40,489 nucleotides of DNA, taken from the IMG/VR virus record IMGVR_UViG_3300025018_000051, positions 1-40,489 of that record; one strand, 5' to 3'. The DNA comes from a virus. Positions within the stretch are counted from its first letter, which is position 1; every line of letters begins with the position of its first letter. Of this stretch, positions 28,416 through 38,022 are shown piece after piece. The position numbers were made by a program, and so were the translations under genes. The notes under the pieces were generated by a model. It saw nothing but the letters and a program-made list of their open reading frames with translations. It was not told where the DNA came from and did no database searches.

Positions 28416-28709
28416 ATGATACCAAAACACGGTTGGAAGGACATGGATAGCGCACCCAGGGACGGGACTATCATCATGGTTAAATCCCATATGTATAACA
28501 AGCCGGATCAGGGATTGCAGGTGCAACCGGGCCACTGGTTTTGCGACGACAAGGGCAAGAATTGGGGCTGGAAGCGTCCTTGGGCCCCCGGCTGGACCGT
28601 CTATGCGAGCGGCTGGATGACTTTTGAAGATTTCAAGCAAGCACAGGCTAGGGAAACTGAACCGAACCTGCCGATGCCAGATGCAAAAACACCGGAATTT
28701 GATTTATGA
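28416..28709 (+). CDS. DUF551-like protein
   Basis: GWKDMDSAPRDGTIIMV... followed by a Trp-rich segment, as in DUF551-type phage proteins (from memory). GGAG lies upstream of the ATG. It ends PEFDL with an ATGA overlap. Confidence 0.5.
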   Translation: MIPKHGWKDMDSAPRDGTIIMVKSHMYNKPDQGLQVQPGHWFCDDKGKNWGWKRPWAPGWTVYASGWMTFEDFKQAQARETEPNLPMPDAKTPEFDL

Positions 28710-28957
28710 GCGCTTCTACCGACCGCAAACAGGCGGCAAAAATCTTAGGCGTCACGATGCAGGCGCAGCTAAAAGCCTTGCAGGAAGCACAAGGCAGTAA
28801 GGATATTCAGATTGCGGCGATCCAGCTTGGAGACACATTTAATCAAAACATTGAGTTTGTGATTGGCATATTAAAAGACTATGGAGGAATGCACATCAGA
28901 TTTGAAAAAGTGAAAAATGCACGGTCTACGAAAATGGAAAGTAGCGATCAAGGATGA
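28706..28957 (+). CDS. hypothetical 83-aa protein
   Basis: ATGA-coupled ORF directly upstream of the large terminase gene. It could alternatively be the small terminase. Confidence 0.45.
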   Translation: MSASTDRKQAAKILGVTMQAQLKALQEAQGSKDIQIAAIQLGDTFNQNIEFVIGILKDYGGMHIRFEKVKNARSTKMESSDQG

Positions 28958-29015
28958 CCCTCGGACCTACCAAATTTGGCAAGCAATGCCGAAACAGGCA
29001 ATGTAAATACGCCCT

Positions 29016-30785
29016 ATGAACCTCCAGGAAGTCGCCAACACTCACGGGATTTCAATCGACGAAGTGCGTGAGCGGTGGCTTTCGCTGCGAGTCGCGCTGT
29101 GGAAATCTGATTTTCGTAAATTCGCGCGTGAAGCGATCCGCATCCGCACCAAATCAGGCGACCTCGAACCTCTGGTTCTGAACGCGGCGCAAACAATCCT
29201 GCACGATGCAGCCGAAGCCCAGCTAGCAGATGAAAAATGGGTGCGTCTTGCAGGCCTGAAAGGCCGACGCCAAGGTTTTTCAACCTATGTTGCGGCGCGG
29301 GGATATTGGCGCGCTACACTTTGGGATCGCCAGAAGATATACATTCTCTCGCATGAAATGCAGTCGTCGAACGTGTTGTTCGACATGACCGGATTGATGC
29401 AGGAAAAACACCCTTTCCCACCTAAAGTCGGCACCGACAACGCCAAGGAACTGGAATTTGTCAAACGCGGTTCGAGCTACCAGGTTGCGACCGCAGGGCA
29501 AAAGGCCGGAGGCCGCGGCGGCGCTGTCACCTTCTTTCACGGCTCCGAAGCTGCGTGGTGGACCAATGCGGCTGACCATTTCGCAGCATCGGTGCAAGGC
29601 GTCGATGAAGTGCGCGGCGTGTGGGGAGTGCTCTGGAAGGAGCCCGCCCGCCCTCTCCCCTTCGAGCAAGGAATAGGCGTGATCGAAGGATGGGTAAAGG
29701 CACCGTCCGAAATTTGGCTGGAAACTACATCGGCTGGCCCTACGGGCGAGTTTTGGAAGCGTTACAACGATGCACTGAAAGGAATTGGGCGCTACCGCGC
29801 CGTGTTCGTTCCTTGGACCGTGCAACCCGAATATACCGAAGAAGGGGACTTCACCCCCAATTCCGAAGCCGAGGAAGAAGGTGATCTTTCTGAACTCGAA
29901 TATCAGAAAATTCACGGTCTTTCCAATGCGCAGATGCTTTGGCGCAGATCGAAAATCCATGAACTCGGATCACTCGGTAAATTCCGGCAGGAATATCCCA
30001 TTGATGTAACCGAAGCGTTTGCCTCTGCCGACATTGAAGGTGTTTTTATCAAGCCTGCACTTGTGCTCAGGGCTCGCAAGCGCAAGATAGACGACCCTGA
30101 CGCACCAATGATAATCGGCGTCGATCCAGCCGGATCAGGCGGCGACCGTTTTGCAGTCGCGTTCCGGCGCGGCGACAAGATCATGAAGGTTATCCACCGC
30201 AACAAACTGGAACATGATGAAGCCGTAGCATGGCTCTCCGCAATTATCGACGAGCACAAACCCAATCGAATGTGTATTGACCGTGGTTCGATGGGGCAAG
30301 CAATCGTCACTTCGCTGCGCAACATGAACCGGCACTATGCTGACATAATCAAGGGGATTGATTTCGGTGGCACGTCACGCATGAAGAAAGCCACCCCCAA
30401 CCGCGCAGGGCCGTGGAACCGGCGCGCCGAAATGTATGGGGATTTCAAGGAATGGTTGATCGAGGGTGGGGCGATTCCTGATGACGATGATCTTGCTTCC
30501 GACATTAGTGGACCCAAACAAAAATGGCGGGCGAATAACGATTGGCTGCTTGAGAGCAAGACCGAAATGAAGGCGCGCGGTCTGCGGTCCTCTGATCTTT
30601 CCGACGCTTGCGTATTAACCTTTGCAACTCGTGAGTGGTTTGATACATGGAGCAAACCGGAAAAGCCTCAAGGGTTTGGTGCGGGCACTGCACCCAATGA
30701 AACAATCATTAACAAAGATGGTTCTCCGGTCCTTGACGAAGCATGGGATCAAGGGGATCGCGGCTCATACTCCTGGATGGGATAA
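29016..30785 (+). CDS. terminase large subunit
   Basis: 589 aa. It has the P-loop-like GLKGRRQGFST, then IYILSHE, and the RNaseH-like nuclease block MIIGVDPAGSGGDRFAVAF. It lies directly upstream of the portal gene. Confidence 0.8.
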   Translation: MNLQEVANTHGISIDEVRERWLSLRVALWKSDFRKFAREAIRIRTKSGDLEPLVLNAAQTILHDAAEAQLADEKWVRLAGLKGRRQGFSTYVAARGYWRATLWDRQKIYILSHEMQSSNVLFDMTGLMQEKHPFPPKVGTDNAKELEFVKRGSSYQVATAGQKAGGRGGAVTFFHGSEAAWWTNAADHFAASVQGVDEVRGVWGVLWKEPARPLPFEQGIGVIEGWVKAPSEIWLETTSAGPTGEFWKRYNDALKGIGRYRAVFVPWTVQPEYTEEGDFTPNSEAEEEGDLSELEYQKIHGLSNAQMLWRRSKIHELGSLGKFRQEYPIDVTEAFASADIEGVFIKPALVLRARKRKIDDPDAPMIIGVDPAGSGGDRFAVAFRRGDKIMKVIHRNKLEHDEAVAWLSAIIDEHKPNRMCIDRGSMGQAIVTSLRNMNRHYADIIKGIDFGGTSRMKKATPNRAGPWNRRAEMYGDFKEWLIEGGAIPDDDDLASDISGPKQKWRANNDWLLESKTEMKARGLRSSDLSDACVLTFATREWFDTWSKPEKPQGFGAGTAPNETIINKDGSPVLDEAWDQGDRGSYSWMG

Positions 30786-30791
30786 TCTAAG

Positions 30792-32909
30792 ATGGCAGGT
30801 ATCAGAGATAATCTAGCAAATCAGGACTTTGAGCCGATTGCACGCACTCGTGTAAAAACCCCACCCGACTTTGATAGCGATGCCGATTTCCTCGAAGATA
30901 TGCGGGCGAAATACGAATGGGGTTACGGCTTTAACGAGCACAACGTCATCGCAGGCAAGGAAGATGCGAAATTCACGATCGGTAATCAATGGGATCCTGT
31001 TGTCGAGCAGCGCCGTAAGGACCAGCGCAAGCCTGTCCTGACCTTCAACCGCCTCGTGGCGTTCGTCGCCCAGGTTGTCGGCAACCGGCTGATGAACGAA
31101 ACCGAAATCCGAGTGTTTCCAGACAAGGCCGGCACCAAGGCCGTTGCTGAAATCCGCGAAGGGATCATCCGTTCGATTTTCAAAAATTCCTACGCTGATT
31201 ATGCCCGTGATGAAGCGGCGAAATATCAGGTTGTCTGTGGTGAAGGATATTTCACTCTCGGTATGGAATACGAGAGTGATGACGTATTTGAGCAGCACAT
31301 CAGAATCGGGGCTGTCACGGACCCCTATTCCGTGGTTCTGGACCCTCTCTCGCTTGAACCGAGTGGTCAGGATGCGCAATGGGCTTTTGTTGGCGACGAT
31401 ATCCCACAACAAGAGTTTAAGCGCCGATGGCCGTGGGCAGCCGAGGTTTCTTTCCTCAATGAAAAACGCTGGAACCAGAGCGGCTTTTGGCTTTCCGAGG
31501 ATTGCGTTCGGATTGTCTCATATTGGCGTATGGTCACAGAGGGGACAAAAATCCTCGCTCTTTATCAGGACGGCACCGTTCATGATGTGACTGAAATGGA
31601 AGAGTTTGAGTATGTCAATTTCGTCGAACAACGCAGCGATGGAAGCCCATACATTCGTGAAGTGCCCAAGCGTTTTGCGCGCCTTTACATATGTTCAGGC
31701 AATGCGATTCTCGAAGGCCCGTATGATTATCCAATTTCATCAATCCCTGTCTATCGGGTGCCGGGATGGGAACTCAATGATGGTGAAAAAACACACCGTT
31801 GGGGATTAATCCGGTTTCTCAAAGACCCGCAGCGACTGCACAATTATTGGCGTTCAACCGTTGCCGAGCAGCTTGTAGCAGCACCGCGCAACAAGTGGCT
31901 TACAACACCCGATGCAGTCAAAGGTCATGAAGCTAAGTGGCGGCGTTCGCCCAGCAGCGATGATCCCTTTCTGTATTTCAATGACGGGGAAAACCCCCCC
32001 ACTCATGTTCCGCCGCCAGGTATCGACGCTGCATTGGTGAACGAAGCAGCAATCTCGACACAGGACATGAAGGATATTTCCAATATCCATGAAGCGGCGA
32101 TGGGTATGCCGAGCAATGAGGTTTCTGGTGTCGCGATCCAGCAGCGTCAAATGGTTTCCGATGTGGGAACCTATATCTATGTTGATCGACGCAGGCTAGC
32201 CGATGAACGCTGCGCGAAAAACATCAACGAATTGATTCCGTTGATCTATGATACGCAGCGCACTCTTGCGATTGTGGGCCGCGACGACAAAACTGTGCTT
32301 ACTACGATCAATGATCCAATGGACCCCAATTCAGACGTGACGCTGGGTAAATACGGTGTGACTGTTGCTGTTGGTCCTGCGAGTGAAACCAAACGAACCC
32401 TTGCAGCCGAACAAATGATGGCATTTGTGAACGCAATGCCGCAATCTGCCGCAGTTGTTATGGACTTGGTGGCCGAAGCGCAAGATTGGCCCAAGAGCGG
32501 TGAGTTTGCCGAACGTTTCAAAATGCTCCTGCCTCCCGGCACGATCCCGCAGGATGAAATGACGCCGGAGCAGCAGCAAGCCGCAGCACAGGCCACACAA
32601 ATGCAGGAAATGCAGGCGCAGCTTGAGCAGGCGATGACACAAGCAGAACTGTCAGGCAAACAGGCCAAGGCAGCAAATGACGAAGCACGGGCTCGCCTTG
32701 CCGAAGCACAAGCATACAAGGCGGTTCTCGATGCCCAAAGTCGCGCCTCGGACGTGGCTTCCAAGACGCAAGAGCGCGCCAGTAAAATTGACGGTATGGA
32801 ATTTCATGAAGTCATGGAAGTGCTCGATCAGAACAATCGACTCGCGGCAGAAGATCGGGAATTTGAAAGCCGCACACAAATCAATAACAACACGAATGGA
32901 GAACAGTAA
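30792..32909 (+). CDS. portal protein (P22-like, with long C-terminal helical extension)
   Basis: 705 aa, immediately after TerL. The ~110 C-terminal residues are Q/A/E-rich and helical (EQQQAAAQATQMQEMQAQLEQAMTQAELSGKQAKAANDEARARLAEAQ), reminiscent of the P22 portal barrel. Confidence 0.75.
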   Translation: MAGIRDNLANQDFEPIARTRVKTPPDFDSDADFLEDMRAKYEWGYGFNEHNVIAGKEDAKFTIGNQWDPVVEQRRKDQRKPVLTFNRLVAFVAQVVGNRLMNETEIRVFPDKAGTKAVAEIREGIIRSIFKNSYADYARDEAAKYQVVCGEGYFTLGMEYESDDVFEQHIRIGAVTDPYSVVLDPLSLEPSGQDAQWAFVGDDIPQQEFKRRWPWAAEVSFLNEKRWNQSGFWLSEDCVRIVSYWRMVTEGTKILALYQDGTVHDVTEMEEFEYVNFVEQRSDGSPYIREVPKRFARLYICSGNAILEGPYDYPISSIPVYRVPGWELNDGEKTHRWGLIRFLKDPQRLHNYWRSTVAEQLVAAPRNKWLTTPDAVKGHEAKWRRSPSSDDPFLYFNDGENPPTHVPPPGIDAALVNEAAISTQDMKDISNIHEAAMGMPSNEVSGVAIQQRQMVSDVGTYIYVDRRRLADERCAKNINELIPLIYDTQRTLAIVGRDDKTVLTTINDPMDPNSDVTLGKYGVTVAVGPASETKRTLAAEQMMAFVNAMPQSAAVVMDLVAEAQDWPKSGEFAERFKMLLPPGTIPQDEMTPEQQQAAAQATQMQEMQAQLEQAMTQAELSGKQAKAANDEARARLAEAQAYKAVLDAQSRASDVASKTQERASKIDGMEFHEVMEVLDQNNRLAAEDREFESRTQINNNTNGEQ

Positions 32910-33899
32910 ATGCCCGGTGAAGATAACGAAGTGATCGACCCTGAATTTGTAGAATTTGCAGCAGCCGGCGAGGTTGAAACCCTTTCTGACGCTTCCGAAC
33001 CTGTTGAGAAAGAACCCAAGCAACGCCGCAACCCTGCCAAGGAAGCCAAGGTTGAAGAATCTGCCGATGATCTTGAAAATGAGCAGGAAACAGATGAGCT
33101 TGAGGATGATTCCGACGAGGAAGAAGGTGAAAAACCGAAGAAATCCGCCCGTGAACATCAGATTGAGCGTCTGAAACGGGAAAAGGCCGAACTCAACCGT
33201 AAATTGCGCGAAGCCGAGCGTCGCACTGAGCAGCAATTGCTTGAACGATTGGAAAATATCGAAAAAAGCTTGCAAGGTCCAAATTCCGGTGATAATCAGA
33301 GTGACGAGATACCGGCACCGGACCCTTCCGACGCCAAAAAGTATCCTCTCGGGCACCTCGACGACCGATACATCGAGGATAAGCTTGATTGGCTGGCTGA
33401 ACAGAAAGCCGCCCAACGGGCTGATGCGGTCCTGCAACGTGAGCAGGAAAACGAGCAGCAAACCGCCCTGCGACAGCAACAGACGGAAAAGCTTGATAAG
33501 GTTGATAGCCTTTCTGTGCATGGTTCCGAACTGTATGATGATTTTCAGGAAAAAGTGGTTGAAGCAGGCATGAAAGGCGATTGGAGTTTATCCGAACCAA
33601 CCTTCGATGCCGCTGCCGAAGCCGAAAACGGTGCGCAGATTCTCTACGACTTGGCTTCTGACAAGAAGGAAGCAGCCCGCGTGGCAAAACTCTCTCCTTA
33701 TCAGCAGCTCAAGTATGTAGCAGAAAAAGACGCCGAAATCGGGAAAGGTAAATCTCCGCGCCGTATTCCGCGAGCCGGGGAGCCTCCCAAGAACACCGCG
33801 CGCGGGGCAAATTCCCGTGTGCAAATCAACCCGGCGACCGAGAACCTCGACGATTTCGAGAAAGCTTGGGAAGCTGATGCTCGAAAGAGTAATCGTTAA
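32910..33899 (+). CDS. scaffolding protein (probable)
   Basis: 329 aa, very acidic N-terminus and helical E/K/Q-rich body. It lies between the portal and coat genes, with a TAAATG junction to the portal gene. Confidence 0.55.
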   Translation: MPGEDNEVIDPEFVEFAAAGEVETLSDASEPVEKEPKQRRNPAKEAKVEESADDLENEQETDELEDDSDEEEGEKPKKSAREHQIERLKREKAELNRKLREAERRTEQQLLERLENIEKSLQGPNSGDNQSDEIPAPDPSDAKKYPLGHLDDRYIEDKLDWLAEQKAAQRADAVLQREQENEQQTALRQQQTEKLDKVDSLSVHGSELYDDFQEKVVEAGMKGDWSLSEPTFDAAAEAENGAQILYDLASDKKEAARVAKLSPYQQLKYVAEKDAEIGKGKSPRRIPRAGEPPKNTARGANSRVQINPATENLDDFEKAWEADARKSNR

Positions 33900-33946
33900 T
33901 TTGCGGTATCGGGATACTCCGGTCCGTGTCATGAAGGAGTATCCCG

Positions 33947-35269
33947 ATGGGTGCCGTAACTGTTGATCAACAAAAACTCGTTCTCAATGCCTTTGCGATG
34001 GTGTTGCAGAACAATCTTGTTTCGGCCCGCGCTGTGACGTGGAACGAATACGACGGGGAAATGGACGACCGTAATGGACTCCAAATCCTTGAACAGGTCA
34101 CTCCGCGCTACACGATCACTCGCACCGAAAACGGTGTGAAGGATCTTTCCGGCGGCACCGATGGCACTGTGTTTGGCTCCGAATTGTTCGAGGTCACGGG
34201 CACATTCAATGCCAATATGGGCTGGGGTGACTTCATCAAGATCAAGGACATTGGTTCGGCCCGCGAGAGCAAGGCACTCCTGGGTGCTGCAACCAGTATG
34301 GCTGAAAAGATCGACGCCTACATTCTGCAAGATGCCGTCCTGGCGTCTTGTGATTGGCTTGGCGACGGATCGACTTCAATTGATGAATGGGTTGATGCGG
34401 CTGCGGCGTATGCTCGCCTCAAGGAAAATGGCGTTGGTGACAACGATCTGTGCTACATCATGAATCACACCGACGAATACAAGTTGGGCGATCAAATCGT
34501 GAAGCTTCCGGCTCCCGACAGCATGTCATCCTCGACATATCGTCGCGGCTTTTCTGGTGAACTCTCGGGTCATCCGACCATGTTCACCAATCAGCTTCCT
34601 GTTCTGACGACCGGCACACGGACGGGCACTGGCGCAAACGTCATGGAAGTCAATGGTGCAAACCAGAACGTCGATTATGTCGATGTGGCAAAAGCCGGAA
34701 CAGTCAATGGTCGGCGAATGACACAAACCCTCGTGATTACCGACGCGACCACGCCTACTGCAACCTTCAAAAAAGGTGAAGTGTTCACCAGCGCTGGCGT
34801 ATTTGCTTACGACAACCGCAAGCAGGCTGCGGTTACTCCAGCGCGCTTGCAGCAATTTACCGTGGTCGAAGATGCAACGGCAGTGTTAGGTGTGGCAACT
34901 CTCCACATTTCCCCGGCGATCATTGTTCCGGGTTCAGGTACAGGCGATAATGTCAATATCAACACCGCTCATGCAACCGTCACGGCTGCACCGGCTGACA
35001 ATGCTGATATTACCTTCCTGGGTGCTGCGAGCACGACGCTTTCGCCGCGTGTCCTGATCCAGAAGGAAGCAATCGTGGTCAACACGGTTCCGCTGATCCT
35101 TCCGGCTTCGGATACCTCGATGCGTCGTCGCCTCTCGAAGATCCCGCTGACTGTCCGTATGTGGCAGCACAGTGACTTCTTCACCGGCGCGCATGGGGTG
35201 CGTTTCGATGTGGCTCTCAACGTTAACATTCGTGAACGTATGCGGATTGCTCGTTTCAATGGCAGCTAA
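33947..35269 (+). CDS. major capsid protein (P22 gp5-like coat)
   Basis: 440 aa. Its position, size and several blocks line up with my recollection of P22 coat (KKGEVFTSAGVFAY vs RGDKISFAGVKF; QKEAIVVNTVPLILP vs DDAIRIVSQPIP). It is followed by a strong terminator. Confidence 0.75.
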   Translation: MGAVTVDQQKLVLNAFAMVLQNNLVSARAVTWNEYDGEMDDRNGLQILEQVTPRYTITRTENGVKDLSGGTDGTVFGSELFEVTGTFNANMGWGDFIKIKDIGSARESKALLGAATSMAEKIDAYILQDAVLASCDWLGDGSTSIDEWVDAAAAYARLKENGVGDNDLCYIMNHTDEYKLGDQIVKLPAPDSMSSSTYRRGFSGELSGHPTMFTNQLPVLTTGTRTGTGANVMEVNGANQNVDYVDVAKAGTVNGRRMTQTLVITDATTPTATFKKGEVFTSAGVFAYDNRKQAAVTPARLQQFTVVEDATAVLGVATLHISPAIIVPGSGTGDNVNINTAHATVTAAPADNADITFLGAASTTLSPRVLIQKEAIVVNTVPLILPASDTSMRRRLSKIPLTVRMWQHSDFFTGAHGVRFDVALNVNIRERMRIARFNGS

Positions 35270-35342
35270 ACCCCGCCATTGAGATTGCAACACCGCCGGC
35301 ATAACAGTATCGGTGCCCTTTGTTCTCCAGGGACGCATCGAG

Positions 35343-35380
35343 AAGTCTCCCCGCTGATCCCGTAGGCGGGGAGACTTTTC
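35343..35380 (+). terminator. rho-independent terminator/attenuator after the coat gene
   Basis: AAGTCTCCCCGC (35343-35354) pairs with GCGGGGAGACTT (35366-35377), 11-nt loop, then TTC. Confidence 0.65.
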
Positions 35381-35401
35381 TGGTGATAGAAAGGATTTTT
35401 G

Positions 35402-35656
35402 ATGGCGCAGATTAAGGAACATTACACTCCCAAACCAATGGCTGCGAATACGTCCCTCAAGGTAGGAGTGAGTATCGCCGGGTTTCTCTGCACGGCAACA
35501 GGCACCTTGACAGTGACTGACGCAAATGGGACGGTTCTTGTGAGTGCTGTTCCGGTCACGGCAGGAGCATTCACACGTATTCCGCTGTTTTTCCAGACAG
35601 GGGCAGGCGGCACAGTATCTCTTGCAGGCAATGCAGCCGGAACTTTGTTTTCGTAA
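35402..35656 (+). CDS. small Gly/Thr/Ala-rich virion-module protein (decoration- or Ig-like?)
   Basis: ATG35402 follows GAAAGGA-N6. 84 aa with beta-strand-like composition (GTLTVTDANGTVLVSAVPVTAGAF). Confidence 0.45.
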   Translation: MAQIKEHYTPKPMAANTSLKVGVSIAGFLCTATGTLTVTDANGTVLVSAVPVTAGAFTRIPLFFQTGAGGTVSLAGNAAGTLFS

Positions 35657-35670
35657 AGCGGAGAATCAGA

Positions 35671-35964
35671 ATGAGTAAAGAGATTTCATGGCCAGCATGG
35701 TTCAATAACGCCGACGAAACCCGCTCTGCGGTTTTTGAAAAAGCCAACGATGTGCCTAATGGCTGGACCTCTGGTGCTGAAAAGATCAAGGTAAACGGGA
35801 AGTCTGAGAAGAAGGACAAGCCTGCCGAAAAAGCCGAAGTCGATGCAGATGGTCGTGAGTGGAACGAGGAAATTCACGTTGCGACCAAGAGCAAGACGAA
35901 AGAAGGCCTGTGGCGTTTGAAGCCGGGAGCTTCGCATCCTGATCCCGTTGTTCTCGATCTCTAA
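35671..35964 (+). CDS. 97-aa protein carrying the 35-aa module shared with 14159..14884
   Basis: DADGREWNEEIHVATKSKTKEGLWRLKPGASHPDP (nt 35842-35946). It ends VVLDL. Confidence 0.5.
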   Translation: MSKEISWPAWFNNADETRSAVFEKANDVPNGWTSGAEKIKVNGKSEKKDKPAEKAEVDADGREWNEEIHVATKSKTKEGLWRLKPGASHPDPVVLDL

Positions 35965-35985
35965 TGCAGGAAATGGACCACTTCT

Positions 35986-36756
35986 GTGACTTTGATTTCG
36001 TCGATCATCAGTGACGCTTTCCGAGAGGGCAATATCCTGCCCCTTGGAAAGGCTCCGACCACGAACCAGAGCGCAGAAGCATTGCGACTTCTTAACGCGC
36101 TGTTCTCGTCGATCTATGGTGACGATGCCGGGGAAGCCCTGCACGACTGGCCCCTCGGCAATTTCGGACGCGAGAGCCCGTCATACGATCTTGGCTGGAC
36201 TGACGAACAAATTGACCATCCAACGCTCAATCGCAGACTGATTGCGGTTAATGAGGAAGCACGAACTGTTTATCTCTCACTCTATCCTCAGGATGGGGCG
36301 CGCATGGGGATGGCAGACCCGTTTGGGCGGCTTTCGAGCGTCCCAGTCACTCTTGATGCCAATGGGCGCACGATTGAGGGTGCAGCCACAATCACTCTCA
36401 ACACTGACGGCGCTTACACCGAATGGTTTTACCGTGCGGACCTTGGCGACTGGGTAAAGCTGACCAGCAAGATCGAAACCGACGAAATGCCTTTTCCATC
36501 GGATTTTGATAATTTTTTCATTACGCTTTTGGGTATGAGACTTAATCCGCGCTATGGGCGTGAAATGGACCCCCAAAGCCAGATGATCTATCAAGCCGAA
36601 CGTCGCCGGTTCGTGTCGCGCTATCTGCAATCCTTGCCGCTTGAAATCCTCGATGACATTTCGTGGCCCTTCATGTCCACTCAAAGCTATGACCAGCAGC
36701 GCGAGTTTTCGTCTAACCGTGCGTTCAATCGCGGCAGTTATTTTTTGGGGTGGTGA
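35986..36756 (+). CDS. head-to-tail adaptor candidate (P22 gp4-like position)
   Basis: GTG start, 256 aa. The N-terminus (IISDAFREGNILPLGKAPTTNQSAEALRLLNALFSSIYGD) resembles the start of gp4-type tail accessory factors as I recall them. The call is mainly positional. Confidence 0.4.
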   Translation: MTLISSIISDAFREGNILPLGKAPTTNQSAEALRLLNALFSSIYGDDAGEALHDWPLGNFGRESPSYDLGWTDEQIDHPTLNRRLIAVNEEARTVYLSLYPQDGARMGMADPFGRLSSVPVTLDANGRTIEGAATITLNTDGAYTEWFYRADLGDWVKLTSKIETDEMPFPSDFDNFFITLLGMRLNPRYGREMDPQSQMIYQAERRRFVSRYLQSLPLEILDDISWPFMSTQSYDQQREFSSNRAFNRGSYFLGW

Positions 36757-36759
36757 TGC

Positions 36760-38019
36760 ATGGATATTCCCCTTTCTCGTAGTGACTATTTTCGCGGTAT
36801 AGCCAAAGAGGCGCGGATACGCACACGCAACCGTTACTTCGAGCAAAATCCCGTTCTTACTGAGACGCAAACTGCGTTAATCGCACGTCCTGGATTGCGC
36901 CGTTGGCTTTATGTAGGCGATGGGCCGATCACAGGGATTTATAGTCAGGCAGGCAGTTTTAACGATGCACTGTTTGCTGCGAGTAACAATGAACTTTACC
37001 GGATAGACAAAGACGAAACTGTAACCTTTGTCGGGGCTATTCCGGGCGCAGGAGCAACATCTTCGGTTGTCATGGCAGCGACCAGCAATATTGGCACTAC
37101 GCCAGCGTTTCTGTTCGTTGCAGCAGGATCGTCGCTCATGTGCTATATCGAGAACGGGTATGCGCGCGGCACAGTCACAGGAACGCCTGCAAATAGTGAC
37201 GTAGTGCGCACCGACGGCACATATTATCAATTCACAAATGGTAGTGTCGATGCAGGAACGCCGACCGGAACGTCCGGCAACCCATGGCTTATAGCATTGG
37301 GTGCGTCATCTTCCGAAGCATGGACCAATTTTGCGAACTCTATTAATGCTGACGGAGTTGAAGGCGTGCAATACAGCACCGGCCTGACGGTCAATCCTTC
37401 GGTCCAATTAACGGCTTTCACCGCTACAGATGTATCGGTTAGGGCAAATGCTGTTGGAGCCATAGGCAACAGTATTGTTACGACTGAGACAGGTGCAGCA
37501 ATCGAATGGTCGCAGGGCGCAACTTTGACCAATGGAGGAAGCCCAATCTGGTTTCAGGTGCAGACCCCCGACGATGTGGGAATTATTAGTCTTGCTTATA
37601 TCGCGTCGTATGTCGTGGTAGTCCCTGCGCAGGGGCAAGGCATTAACGGACGATTCTACTGGATTGATCCGGGCGAAACCTCAATCGACCCACTAGACTT
37701 TGCGACTGCGGAGCGGGCACCAGACCCGATTTCCGATGTGGTTGTGTTTGGGGACCAATTTTGGCTTCCAGGCTCCGGCACGACCGAAGCCTGGTATTTC
37801 AGCGGCAACGAGAATAGTCCGGTTCTCAGAGTGCAAGGTGTCGTGTTTGATCGCGGCGCATGGGATGGCACCGCTATTCAAGTCAAGGAAAGCATGATAA
37901 TTGTGGACAACGAGGGTGCGGTGTTTCAATTATCGGGAGGTATGAAACGAATTTCACGACCCGACATTGAAGAACGTATCAGGCAGGAAATTGCTTTTCA
38001 GAAACTTTCAGGATTATAG
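36760..38019 (+). CDS. P22 gp10-like tail hub / packaged-DNA stabilisation protein candidate
   Basis: 419 aa. ...NELYRIDKDETVTFVGAIPGAGA... and ...DPLDFATAERAPDPISDVVVFGDQFWLPGSGTTEAWYFSG... resemble the Phage_stabilise family pattern (from memory). Confidence 0.45.
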   Translation: MDIPLSRSDYFRGIAKEARIRTRNRYFEQNPVLTETQTALIARPGLRRWLYVGDGPITGIYSQAGSFNDALFAASNNELYRIDKDETVTFVGAIPGAGATSSVVMAATSNIGTTPAFLFVAAGSSLMCYIENGYARGTVTGTPANSDVVRTDGTYYQFTNGSVDAGTPTGTSGNPWLIALGASSSEAWTNFANSINADGVEGVQYSTGLTVNPSVQLTAFTATDVSVRANAVGAIGNSIVTTETGAAIEWSQGATLTNGGSPIWFQVQTPDDVGIISLAYIASYVVVVPAQGQGINGRFYWIDPGETSIDPLDFATAERAPDPISDVVVFGDQFWLPGSGTTEAWYFSGNENSPVLRVQGVVFDRGAWDGTAIQVKESMIIVDNEGAVFQLSGGMKRISRPDIEERIRQEIAFQKLSGL

Positions 38020-38022
38020 ATT

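Noticed and set aside
32652-33521. A 289-aa antisense ORF across the portal/scaffold genes. Similar long antisense ORFs occur at 310..750, 7614..8114, 29280..29960, 30813..31412, 32246..32764, 33193..33687, 35686..36144 and 36277..36870.
   Set aside because: They lie opposite well-supported structural genes. Their composition is Phe/Leu/Arg/Cys-rich, as expected for the complement of GAA/GAG/GCN-rich codons. They lack SD sequences and recognisable motifs.
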